IMG/VR virus record: IMGVR_UViG_3300025229_000001
Length of the DNA: 64,000 nt
Strand: one strand, 5' to 3'
DNA from: a virus
The number at the start of each line of letters is the position of its first letter. Position 1 is the stretch's first letter. The position numbers were made by a program, and so were the translations under genes. Under the pieces are notes generated by a model. The model ran no database searches. It saw only the letters and a list, made by a program, of their open reading frames with translations, and was not told the DNA's origin. Positions 1-7,266 of the stretch are shown here, piece by piece.

Positions 1-224
1 CTCGAGCCAGCAGAGCAAACGGCAGCCACAATCGGCGCTGCGTCGGCGAGCTTGGCCTTGGCATCATCGCTGAGACCGACGACGGCTTGCAGAGAGGCAA
101 TTGCGGTTTGCGTCGGGGGGCATACCTGCGCAGCGATTTGAGCGGGAGTTTTGACGGTGCCAGTGGTAGCGCAGCCGGAGACGAGCGCGACAAGGCCTGC
201 CGCGAGCAGCATGAATTTACGCAT
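1..224 (-). CDS. Lipoprotein, 3'-truncated by window edge (spanin-like or accessory lysis)
   Basis: Not in ORF track. Manual translation MRKFMLLAAGLVALVSGC-ATTGTVKTP: K/R n-region, hydrophobic core, VSGC lipobox; starts 10 nt after the upstream stop. Confidence 0.7.
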   Translation of the reverse strand, partial: MRKFMLLAAGLVALVSGCATTGTVKTPAQIAAQVCPPTQTAIASLQAVVGLSDDAKAKLADAAPIVAAVCSAGS

Positions 225-234
225 GGTGATGTCC

Positions 235-537
235 TTACTTGAGGATTTTGGCGGCTGAGATAGCCGTGTTCGAGATAGCGCCGGCGACGTCCGATGCGAC
301 AGCGCTTGCTTGAGCCTGACCTTGAAACGCGGTCACACCGGTTTCTTGGAGGGTGATGACGTAGCCTGTTGGTGTCTGCGCAAACATCGCATTGACCGAT
401 TGCGCCTCTTTGCCGCTATGGATCGTGATCTCAACTCCGTCCGTCAGAGTGACTCGGTAGTCGGACTCGCCGGCATACCAGATGGAAGCGCAGCCGCTGA
501 GTGGTACGCACAGTAGCGCCGCGGCTAGGGCTTTCAC
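235..537 (-). CDS. Lipoprotein, candidate unimolecular spanin
   Basis: LSGC lipobox, beta-rich middle, small-residue helical C-terminus; in lysis cassette. Confidence 0.55.
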   Translation of the reverse strand: MKALAAALLCVPLSGCASIWYAGESDYRVTLTDGVEITIHSGKEAQSVNAMFAQTPTGYVITLQETGVTAFQGQAQASAVASDVAGAISNTAISAAKILK

Positions 538-728
538 GCTGCGGGCGGCGTTGATGCCGAAGGCTTCAGCGTGTGATACAGGCCCAGGCCGATCAGTCCG
601 TCCTTGATGTAGTCAACGAACGAAGTCGCATCGGCCTTGCCCGTATAAACGAGGTATGCCCACGCGCCAAACAGGACGGCGCCAATCAGCATCTTTTGGG
701 TCGCGGGGGAAAGGTTGCCGAGGGTCAT
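534..728 (-). CDS. Small membrane protein, holin/antiholin-like
   Basis: 64 aa, hydrophobic segments MLIGAVLFGAWAYLVY and GLIGLGLY; GAGG RBS; overlaps next gene by 4 nt. Confidence 0.55.
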   Translation of the reverse strand: MTLGNLSPATQKMLIGAVLFGAWAYLVYTGKADATSFVDYIKDGLIGLGLYHTLKPSASTPPAA

Positions 729-743
729 AGGTGAGGCTCCAAT

Positions 744-768
744 AAAAAACCCCGCACGGGGCGGGGTT
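744..768 (-). terminator. Intrinsic terminator after HNH gene
   Basis: CCCCGC/GCGGGG stem with A-tract on + strand (U-tract on -). Confidence 0.7.
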
Positions 769-775
769 CGGGGGA

Positions 776-1813
776 TTAGACGGCCAGAATCTTTTCGGGA
801 GGCCAGCCCTGTTTGACGCCGTAGTACATGCGGCTAGCATTGAGACCAAGTTCAGCGGCCCACTGCGAAACAGTCATGCGACGCCCTTCGTGCTCGATGA
901 AGACATTGTTCCGTTTATTGATGGATTGTTCGGCCGCGGTTGCCCACCGACAGTTTTCCAACGAATATCCTTCGTTGACCCGGTCGCGCTCTAGCGTCAT
1001 ACCGGCAGGGCTCTCGCCCATGTCGGCAAGAAAGTATTCAAAACCTTGCCGCCAGCGTTCGCACACAGTGATGCCGCGCCCGCCGTACAAGTGAAACTCT
1101 GCGTAGTTCGGATTCTCGCAGCGGGTCCGCATGTCGCGATAAATCTGATAGGTGCGACTGCGCGATCCTTTGCGGCTATGCCCATGCCTTGTACGGGCGG
1201 CGGATGTCAAAGCCTTCTGGCATCCGCACGAAGTGGTGTGTCCCGTCCTGAGATTATTTATGGATACGACTGCGGTTTTTCCACAATCGCATTGCGCCTC
1301 TACCATCCGGTGATTTGCGGTGCGCCTGTCAATACCTCGCATGACCGTCAACTTTCCGAACTTTTCACCTAATGGAAGGGCGTGCATTTGCCGTTGCACT
1401 TCGCCAACCAGGCAACCACAAGAACGGGTTCCCCGCTTAGTCCTTAGTTGCCCGATGGCTACCAAACATTCGGTGCCGCAATCGCACAAGCATTGAATCT
1501 TGCGCCCGCTTCCCGATCCAACGGCCTCGGCACTCATTACAACCAGCTTGCCGAAGCGCGATCCAACATCGACAGACTGAACTGCGCCAGAAAGCACCTG
1601 CTTTGCGGCGTAATCGCGAGCTGCGTCGCGCCGCAAACAACCGCAAGATTTCTTGATGCCATTCACAAGCTGCTGGCAACTAGCCTCAGTCTCTTTGCCG
1701 CAGTCGCAGATGCAGCGAACGCGCTTGATGTGGAATTTGTCGCGCCAATATGCACTAGTCACGACGAGACGGGAGAACCGCGCTCCGATTGGAGTAAAAT
1801 CACAGGCAGCCAT
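776..1813 (-). CDS. HNH-type homing endonuclease with three Cys-rich N-terminal repeats
   Basis: Three CxCDCG...SCGC units, then YGGRGITVCERW...TLERDRVNEGYSLENCRWAT...QSIN; AAGGAG RBS. Confidence 0.8.
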   Translation of the reverse strand: MAACDFTPIGARFSRLVVTSAYWRDKFHIKRVRCICDCGKETEASCQQLVNGIKKSCGCLRRDAARDYAAKQVLSGAVQSVDVGSRFGKLVVMSAEAVGSGSGRKIQCLCDCGTECLVAIGQLRTKRGTRSCGCLVGEVQRQMHALPLGEKFGKLTVMRGIDRRTANHRMVEAQCDCGKTAVVSINNLRTGHTTSCGCQKALTSAARTRHGHSRKGSRSRTYQIYRDMRTRCENPNYAEFHLYGGRGITVCERWRQGFEYFLADMGESPAGMTLERDRVNEGYSLENCRWATAAEQSINKRNNVFIEHEGRRMTVSQWAAELGLNASRMYYGVKQGWPPEKILAV

Positions 1814-1834
1814 CGTGTGCTCCTTGTAAGCAGA

Positions 1835-1888
1835 TGGTGGTTAGAGGCCCGCAAGGTGTTAGCGCACCGAGTGGGCCTCGCCATTATA
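1835..1888 (-). promoter_or_regulatory. Putative -10 box and leader hairpin of HNH gene
   Basis: TATAAT followed by GAGGCCC...GGTG-CGCTAA-CACC...GGGCCTC stem-loop before the RBS; -35 weak. Confidence 0.45.
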
Positions 1889-2395
1889 CTACGACTGCTT
1901 AGTACCACGAAGCTTATTGTCCTCGTTCTTCGCGTGGCCGATCGCCTTGGTAATTTCGACGCCATGCTTTGCTGACTTCAGTGCCAACCACGTGGGCATG
2001 CTGAGTTCGTGAACGCCAAGATTGACACCACGGTGATGGCCACCAGGGACTTCGACACCATCCAGAACATGCGATCCGCAGAGCACGACCAGATTACGAA
2101 TGTCATCCGGCGTTTCGATCGGCTGCTCTCCCATCTTGTGCGTGTAGCCGTATGGGTCGAAGACGTGTAGCGTATCGAGCACCTTCTCTGCGTCAAGTGC
2201 CGGCCACAGAGACCATTCGTGCAGATGGTGAACCTCGCGCGCGTCACGTGATCCGCAAATCCAGCATGGCAGATCGAGTTGCTTCACGAGAATCCGCTTA
2301 TTCTTGCGGAATTCAGACGACTCGGTGCGATCGGCGTGAGTCGGGAATTCGACGACCTCGTGAAAGCTGTGTGATTGTTCGTGCGCTTGGGTCAT
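1889..2395 (-). CDS. HNH-like zinc-binding protein
   Basis: CWICGSRDAREVHH ... NLVVLC...HH resembles an HNH/His-Me finger. Confidence 0.55.
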   Translation of the reverse strand: MTQAHEQSHSFHEVVEFPTHADRTESSEFRKNKRILVKQLDLPCWICGSRDAREVHHLHEWSLWPALDAEKVLDTLHVFDPYGYTHKMGEQPIETPDDIRNLVVLCGSHVLDGVEVPGGHHRGVNLGVHELSMPTWLALKSAKHGVEITKAIGHAKNEDNKLRGTKQS

Positions 2396-2406
2396 GTTTT
2401 AGGCGT

Positions 2407-2428
2407 AAAAAAAGCCGCTAGGCAGCTT
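2407..2428 (-). terminator. Possible intrinsic terminator after endolysin
   Basis: A7-AGCCGC-TAG-GCAGCT, imperfect stem. Confidence 0.45.
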
Positions 2429-2470
2429 ATGCGTGAGACGAATAAAAGGCAGATATTCGCGTGGCGAATA

Positions 2471-2926
2471 TCAGACTGCGGCCATGTCCAGCGCGCTGAG
2501 CCCGTGCGCCTTGATGATTGAGACGATCTTCTGCGCGTAGAGAGGATCAGTTGCGTAGCCGGCGGCGGCCACAGCCTGTGCGAAGAGCGCACCAGTCGTG
2601 TAAGCGAACGCCGGCTGATACCGCTTGTTCGTCAACAGGAACTGCGCGTGATCCGTGATCGATCCAAGCCAGTCGGTATAGGCTCGAAACTTTGCCGTGA
2701 TCGTGATGGTTTTGCCGCCGACGACCTCGTGGGTGATCTGCGAAGTGACCGGTCCTTTCCACGACGGATCAGCCTTGATGCCGAACAGATTAAAGCCTGG
2801 GCAATGCGCACCCCATGCAGACTCGAGCGCGGCCTGTGCGACTGTGAAACTGGCGGGGATCTTGGTCGATTTGGCCGAGGTCTTTGCGGCCGGACCGATA
2901 GCGGCGATGAAGTCCTGCGGTGTCAT
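2471..2926 (-). CDS. Endolysin, GH73 glucosaminidase/FlgJ-like
   Basis: AQAALESAWG, FNLFGIKA, KFRAY, AAAGYATDPLYAQK; start moved to MTPQDF. Confidence 0.9.
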   Translation of the reverse strand: MTPQDFIAAIGPAAKTSAKSTKIPASFTVAQAALESAWGAHCPGFNLFGIKADPSWKGPVTSQITHEVVGGKTITITAKFRAYTDWLGSITDHAQFLLTNKRYQPAFAYTTGALFAQAVAAAGYATDPLYAQKIVSIIKAHGLSALDMAAV

Positions 2927-2938
2927 GTGAGCACCCAT

Positions 2939-2961
2939 AAAAAAAGCCCGCATAAGCGGGC
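2939..2961 (-). terminator. Intrinsic terminator between holin-like gene and endolysin
   Basis: A7-GCCCGC-ATAA-GCGGGC perfect stem. Confidence 0.7.
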
Positions 2962-2963
2962 AG

Positions 2964-3293
2964 TTACTTGTCGGCTTTCGTATCGATCTTTCTGTGCATC
3001 TCAGCGAAGCCGTCCCGCGTTTCTTTTGAATTGAGGTTGACGGCTTCGATCAGACGTTCAATAGATCGCTCGAGACTCCCAACAGCTTTCGTCAACTCCG
3101 TCTGTGTGACGTAGTGCTCGGCGACATACAGGCGATGGCCCTCAAGCGCCTTGGAGACCTCTTTGATAGCCTCGCCCTGCTCTTGAATTACCTTGTCTCG
3201 TGCTGTCTCCGATCGTTGCCAGAGCCATGCAAATACACCGCTAACCGCAGCGAATCCCGCGCACCCAACCTCAACAACGGCGGTGTAGTCCAT
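2964..3293 (-). CDS. Holin-like protein (one N-terminal TM plus coiled coil)
   Basis: MDYTAVVEVGCAGFAAVSGVFAWLW then charged helix; directly upstream of endolysin. Confidence 0.55.
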   Translation of the reverse strand: MDYTAVVEVGCAGFAAVSGVFAWLWQRSETARDKVIQEQGEAIKEVSKALEGHRLYVAEHYVTQTELTKAVGSLERSIERLIEAVNLNSKETRDGFAEMHRKIDTKADK

Positions 3294-3304
3294 TCGAATC
3301 CCGG

Positions 3305-3333
3305 AAAAGAAAAAAGCCACTCGAAGGCGGCTT
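3305..3333 (-). terminator. Possible intrinsic terminator upstream of lysis genes
   Basis: A-tract then AGCC...GGCT stem. Confidence 0.5.
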
Positions 3334-3387
3334 AGTTGGTCATGTTGTTAGCGCGGTCTTTGCCGCAAAAAATTCACACTCAAACAC

Positions 3388-3417
3388 TTGACGGAACAAA
3401 CCCTAGGGGGCTAATAT
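3388..3417 (+). promoter_or_regulatory. Sigma70-type moron promoter with flanking inverted repeat
   Basis: TTGACG-N18-TAATAT; GGAAC...GTTCC inverted repeat overlaps it (possible operator of the adjacent HTH). Confidence 0.6.
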
Positions 3418-3470
3418 CCGTTCCAGAGGTAGCGCACCGCGCGACCCGAACAACCCGATAGGACGATCCA

Positions 3471-4565
3471 ATGAAAATCAGCTTTCGCTCGCGCGTCGAC
3501 CGCGCACCCAGAAGACATGCCAATCCAATTCAGCGAACCATCGACAGAAGATCTGGCGGAACTCAAGCGCCGTCGCAATGCGACCGGCAAGGAGATGGCC
3601 GAGGCATTCTGGCTGGGAAGCGATCAGCAGTGGCGCAAATATACGGGCGGCAAGGAACCGCGGAAGATGGGACCGCACGTTGCGTTCGTGGGCGCGGCTC
3701 GTATGGCTTTGACAGCAGAAGAGTTCAACCGTGTGCTGCAGTTCATGGAGACGTTCGGCGCACACGTTCGGCAGGACATCTCTGGAGAAGAGGGGCAATC
3801 GCAGCCCTGACGGCCTGCCTTGCTGCATGCGGTGGCGGAGAGAAGCCGGCTGACACGGCGATCGTCAAAGCGATCGTTCCAGTGGCTGTTTTGCCAGCCT
3901 CGGCAGCATCGGAGGTGTCCGCGTCGCGGCCAGCATCGACGCCGATCGTCAATATCGACGTCTACGGCGACGATGCGGCGATGGGTCTTTCGTCCTATGG
4001 CTTCGGCATTCCGGTCATCGTTAAACCAGCTTCAGCCAGCCTGCAAGACGCGCTGCAGAGGGAGTTCAACGATACCGGCATAACGGTCGCTAACCATGCG
4101 ACTGGCGGGACGTCAGCGAGTCTGATGAACCTCCTCGACGGCATGGATGGCGGCGGTGCTCCGTTCGCTCAACGACTTGCGTCAACGCAATCGACGATAG
4201 TCGTGATTAGCTACGGCCTGAACGAGCAATACGGCGGCGAAACAGTCTTCGATTTCTCGGGCTACCTTGGGCAAGCCATTCAGACAGTGCGAGATGCAGG
4301 CAGAAGACCAATTCTTGAGACTCCGCCGCCAACGTGCGACAGCGATCATCCGTTCACGGCAAGCTACGCCGCTGCAATCAAAGCGGCCGGTGCGACCTAC
4401 AACGTGCCGGTGGTCGATAACTACGCTGCGATTTCTGGTCTGGCCGATTGGCGGTCGCACATGGATGCGATGTGCATATTGCCGGATGAGGCATTGCAGG
4501 CGTTTAAAGCTCAGCAGGAGTTGACAGTCATCGGACCAATCATTAAGGCCCAATTCGGCGAATAG
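3471..4565 (+). CDS. SGNH/GDSL-fold lipoprotein, predicted inactive; true start unclear
   Basis: LAAC-GGG lipobox (Cys codon 3828-3830); blocks GDD, GLNE, ETP, DAMCILP. No ATG/GTG/TTG close to the signal peptide. Confidence 0.6.
   Translation: MKISFRSRVDRAPRRHANPIQRTIDRRSGGTQAPSQCDRQGDGRGILAGKRSAVAQIYGRQGTAEDGTARCVRGRGSYGFDSRRVQPCAAVHGDVRRTRSAGHLWRRGAIAALTACLAACGGGEKPADTAIVKAIVPVAVLPASAASEVSASRPASTPIVNIDVYGDDAAMGLSSYGFGIPVIVKPASASLQDALQREFNDTGITVANHATGGTSASLMNLLDGMDGGGAPFAQRLASTQSTIVVISYGLNEQYGGETVFDFSGYLGQAIQTVRDAGRRPILETPPPTCDSDHPFTASYAAAIKAAGATYNVPVVDNYAAISGLADWRSHMDAMCILPDEALQAFKAQQELTVIGPIIKAQFGE
3517..3810 (+). CDS. XRE-type HTH regulator
   Basis: PSTEDLAELK...GKEMAE...QQWRKYTGGKEPR, a recurrent phage regulator pattern. 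Confidence 0.75.
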   Translation: MPIQFSEPSTEDLAELKRRRNATGKEMAEAFWLGSDQQWRKYTGGKEPRKMGPHVAFVGAARMALTAEEFNRVLQFMETFGAHVRQDISGEEGQSQP

Positions 4566-4665
4566 ACGCCTACTGCGCAAGCAAGTCGCAAGATCCGGCG
4601 CAATTCGCCCGAGTCCAGTTCTCAATTGCGCTATGATGCGCCCAAACAATTCAGGAATAAGGGCA

Positions 4666-6003
4666 ATGAATTCGCTGCGTCAATGGACAATTGCGTTTTT
4701 TTCCATCGTCATCATCGGCAGTTTTCTTTCAGCAATCATACCGCCGATGCAGTCGCCAGATGAAAACGACCATATCAAGCGCGCATATCTGCTTTCTGTG
4801 CTATCGCCAACCGTAACAGAGCCGGGGCGCTCGACTGGCGGTTATTTCGACGACGCTTTGCAACAGTACCAGGTGCTGAACTTTCAGGCGCTTTCTACTA
4901 AGCCCAATGCCCGATTTGATGCGAAAACAGCAGAGGCTGGCGCAGCTATAAAATGGAGCGGCGCGCGGAGTTACGTGGATATGGCCGGCGCTGCGCCATA
5001 TTTCCCGCTAGGCTACCTCCCACAAGCTGTGGGACTGCGGATTGGCGAATCTTTGCACATGGGTGTGGGCGCATCTTATCGGCTTGCCCGCGCGACAACT
5101 CTGATTGCTGTCGCCGTTATCATCGCTTACGCATTCACGGTCTTCCCGCCGAACGCGCTGGTGATCTGCCTCCTAGCGCTGCCAATGACGATGTTCCAGT
5201 TATCGAGCGCTTCGGCGGATGGTATGTCGTTCGCATGGACAGTGCTGGCCGCTAGTCTGTTTCGACGCGGCTTGGAGCAAGACCAGCCGTTCCCGCTTCT
5301 GTGGTCCGTGCTGCTGATCGTCGCGCCGTTCATGATTGCCACGAGCCGGCCGCAACTGATCGCGATCCTGATACTGGCGCCAGTGGTTTTCTTCGTCCGA
5401 AAAGACCGCCGCGCGCTGGCTGCCTCTATCATCGCGGCGTTGCTCGCTGTGGGGTGGGTGATGTATGGAGCGTCACATACCGTCGACCTGCGGTGGCCAC
5501 GCTCGATTACGACCGGTCAGGCTGTCTCTTTCTACATTCATCGTCCCATCGAACTGATAGGAGTCATCTGGCGAACGCTGTCGAACCCGGCAGTCATCGA
5601 TTCGTACTGGCGTCAGTTCGTCGGCGTCCTTGGTTGGCTCGATCGGCCCATGCCGCCCGCTACCTACATATTAGCGGGTGTTGGCTTGCTCATTGCATTG
5701 ATGATCTCGTGCTCCCGCAGGGTGGGAGCGCTGGCTCGGACGGTGCCGTTATTGGTCGCCGCAGCCGCCGTAATGCTTACCCTCGTCGCGCTGCTTGTCA
5801 CTTGGACGGATCTTCACGCCCAACTTATCATCGGTGTGCAAGGTCGATATTTCACCGCGCCGGCCATCCTCGCTGCTTATGCCCTAAGTGATGCAGAGCC
5901 CATGAAGCGGCGATCGTCGGTGACCATGATCGTTTGCGGCGTTTTTCTCGCATTCTCAATGTCGATGACTGTGTCGACGCTGATCTGGAAATACTATTTG
6001 TAG
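4666..6003 (+). CDS. DUF2142-like polytopic membrane protein (GT-C glycosyltransferase-like)
   Basis: PPMQSPDENDH motif after TM1, SASADG, QGRYF, many TM segments. Confidence 0.8.
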   Translation: MNSLRQWTIAFFSIVIIGSFLSAIIPPMQSPDENDHIKRAYLLSVLSPTVTEPGRSTGGYFDDALQQYQVLNFQALSTKPNARFDAKTAEAGAAIKWSGARSYVDMAGAAPYFPLGYLPQAVGLRIGESLHMGVGASYRLARATTLIAVAVIIAYAFTVFPPNALVICLLALPMTMFQLSSASADGMSFAWTVLAASLFRRGLEQDQPFPLLWSVLLIVAPFMIATSRPQLIAILILAPVVFFVRKDRRALAASIIAALLAVGWVMYGASHTVDLRWPRSITTGQAVSFYIHRPIELIGVIWRTLSNPAVIDSYWRQFVGVLGWLDRPMPPATYILAGVGLLIALMISCSRRVGALARTVPLLVAAAAVMLTLVALLVTWTDLHAQLIIGVQGRYFTAPAILAAYALSDAEPMKRRSSVTMIVCGVFLAFSMSMTVSTLIWKYYL

Positions 6004-6056
6004 ATCCCAGAATCCGCTAAGGCTGCGATTTTATAGACACAAAGAAGGCGAACGCG

Positions 6057-7265
6057 GTGCGTGATATATCCATTTTTTCGGTATGGCCCATGATGGCCAT
6101 TGTCGGCCTGGTTGTAGTCGCGCTTTCCGGGCGATCCCTCCGGTTTCTGGACGTCAGTCCGACTGTAGTCGCGCACCGACTAGATTCTATCGACGGCCTG
6201 CGTGGATTCCTCGCAACAGCCGTTGCGTTCCACCATTTTGTGCTGCATGGATATGGCGCGAAGTTTGGAGTGGCTGCGCCCTCCCACTTTTATATGTCTC
6301 TCGGACCCGCAGCCGTAGCTATATTCTTCATGATTACCGGCTACCTGTTCTGGGGTCGACTTCTTGCTAAAGCCGATTCCGTGAACTGGGCGGAGTTATA
6401 TGTCAACCGGTTCTTCAGGATCTATCCACTGTATCTTTTCCTGATTGCGTCGTACTTCGCAGTGGTTTTGTGCCGCGTCCACTTTGAGATCGACCAACCG
6501 TTCAAGCAAACTGTCTTTCAAATTGCCCAATGGCTCGCACTTGGAGTCGTCAAGAATCCAGCGCCTTTTTTGAACATGGATGCTGCGATGTCGGTAGTGG
6601 GACCTGTGTGGAGCTTGCGTTATGAGTGGTTGTTCTACGCAAGCCTACCGATATTGTCTATCTTTGCTCGCCTCGGACGCCCGGTCGCATTGACGGCATC
6701 AGCACTGTTTCTTGTTCTAGCAGTCGACGGTCTGATCGCGGAGCCGTTCAGGTCGTTTCTTGCCGAATTTCTGTGCGGAATGCTCGCGTCATCGATCATG
6801 CGCACGCGACCGGCCCTCAAAGGAGATGGAGCCATACGGTCCATCATCGCTTGCGCCTTGATCGTCGCCGCGTTTCGTGTTCCGGACATCATCTATTCGC
6901 CGGTCGGCACGTTGCTTCTCGGTGGATTTTTCATGATGGTAGTTTCGGGAACGTCAATCTTCGGAGTGCTTCAAACGCGGGGCGCGCATCGCCTGGGTAA
7001 CATGAGCTACAGCGTGTATCTGCTTCACAGCCTCGTCATTACGATAGTGATGACCCGTCCCGCTATTGTTTCCTATGCCCTCGGGAACAATTCCGCATTC
7101 TGGATCATCTGCGCCTTCATGTATGTCATCACCGTTGCAATGTCCATTGCAACGTTCTCGGCGATTGAACGGGTCGGAATCTCAGTCGGAAAAGCCGCGA
7201 TTACGCGGCTCAAACGGGCATCAGACGTTCGCCCAGGTACTGGAGTTACGACCGGGCAGCCGTGA
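6057..7265 (+). CDS. Acyltransferase-3 family (OafA-like O-acetyltransferase)
   Basis: IDGLRG...FHH, FFMITGY, RFFRIYP, WSLRYEWLFY, GNMSYSVYLLH. Confidence 0.92.
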   Translation: MRDISIFSVWPMMAIVGLVVVALSGRSLRFLDVSPTVVAHRLDSIDGLRGFLATAVAFHHFVLHGYGAKFGVAAPSHFYMSLGPAAVAIFFMITGYLFWGRLLAKADSVNWAELYVNRFFRIYPLYLFLIASYFAVVLCRVHFEIDQPFKQTVFQIAQWLALGVVKNPAPFLNMDAAMSVVGPVWSLRYEWLFYASLPILSIFARLGRPVALTASALFLVLAVDGLIAEPFRSFLAEFLCGMLASSIMRTRPALKGDGAIRSIIACALIVAAFRVPDIIYSPVGTLLLGGFFMMVVSGTSIFGVLQTRGAHRLGNMSYSVYLLHSLVITIVMTRPAIVSYALGNNSAFWIICAFMYVITVAMSIATFSAIERVGISVGKAAITRLKRASDVRPGTGVTTGQP

Positions 7266-7266
7266 C

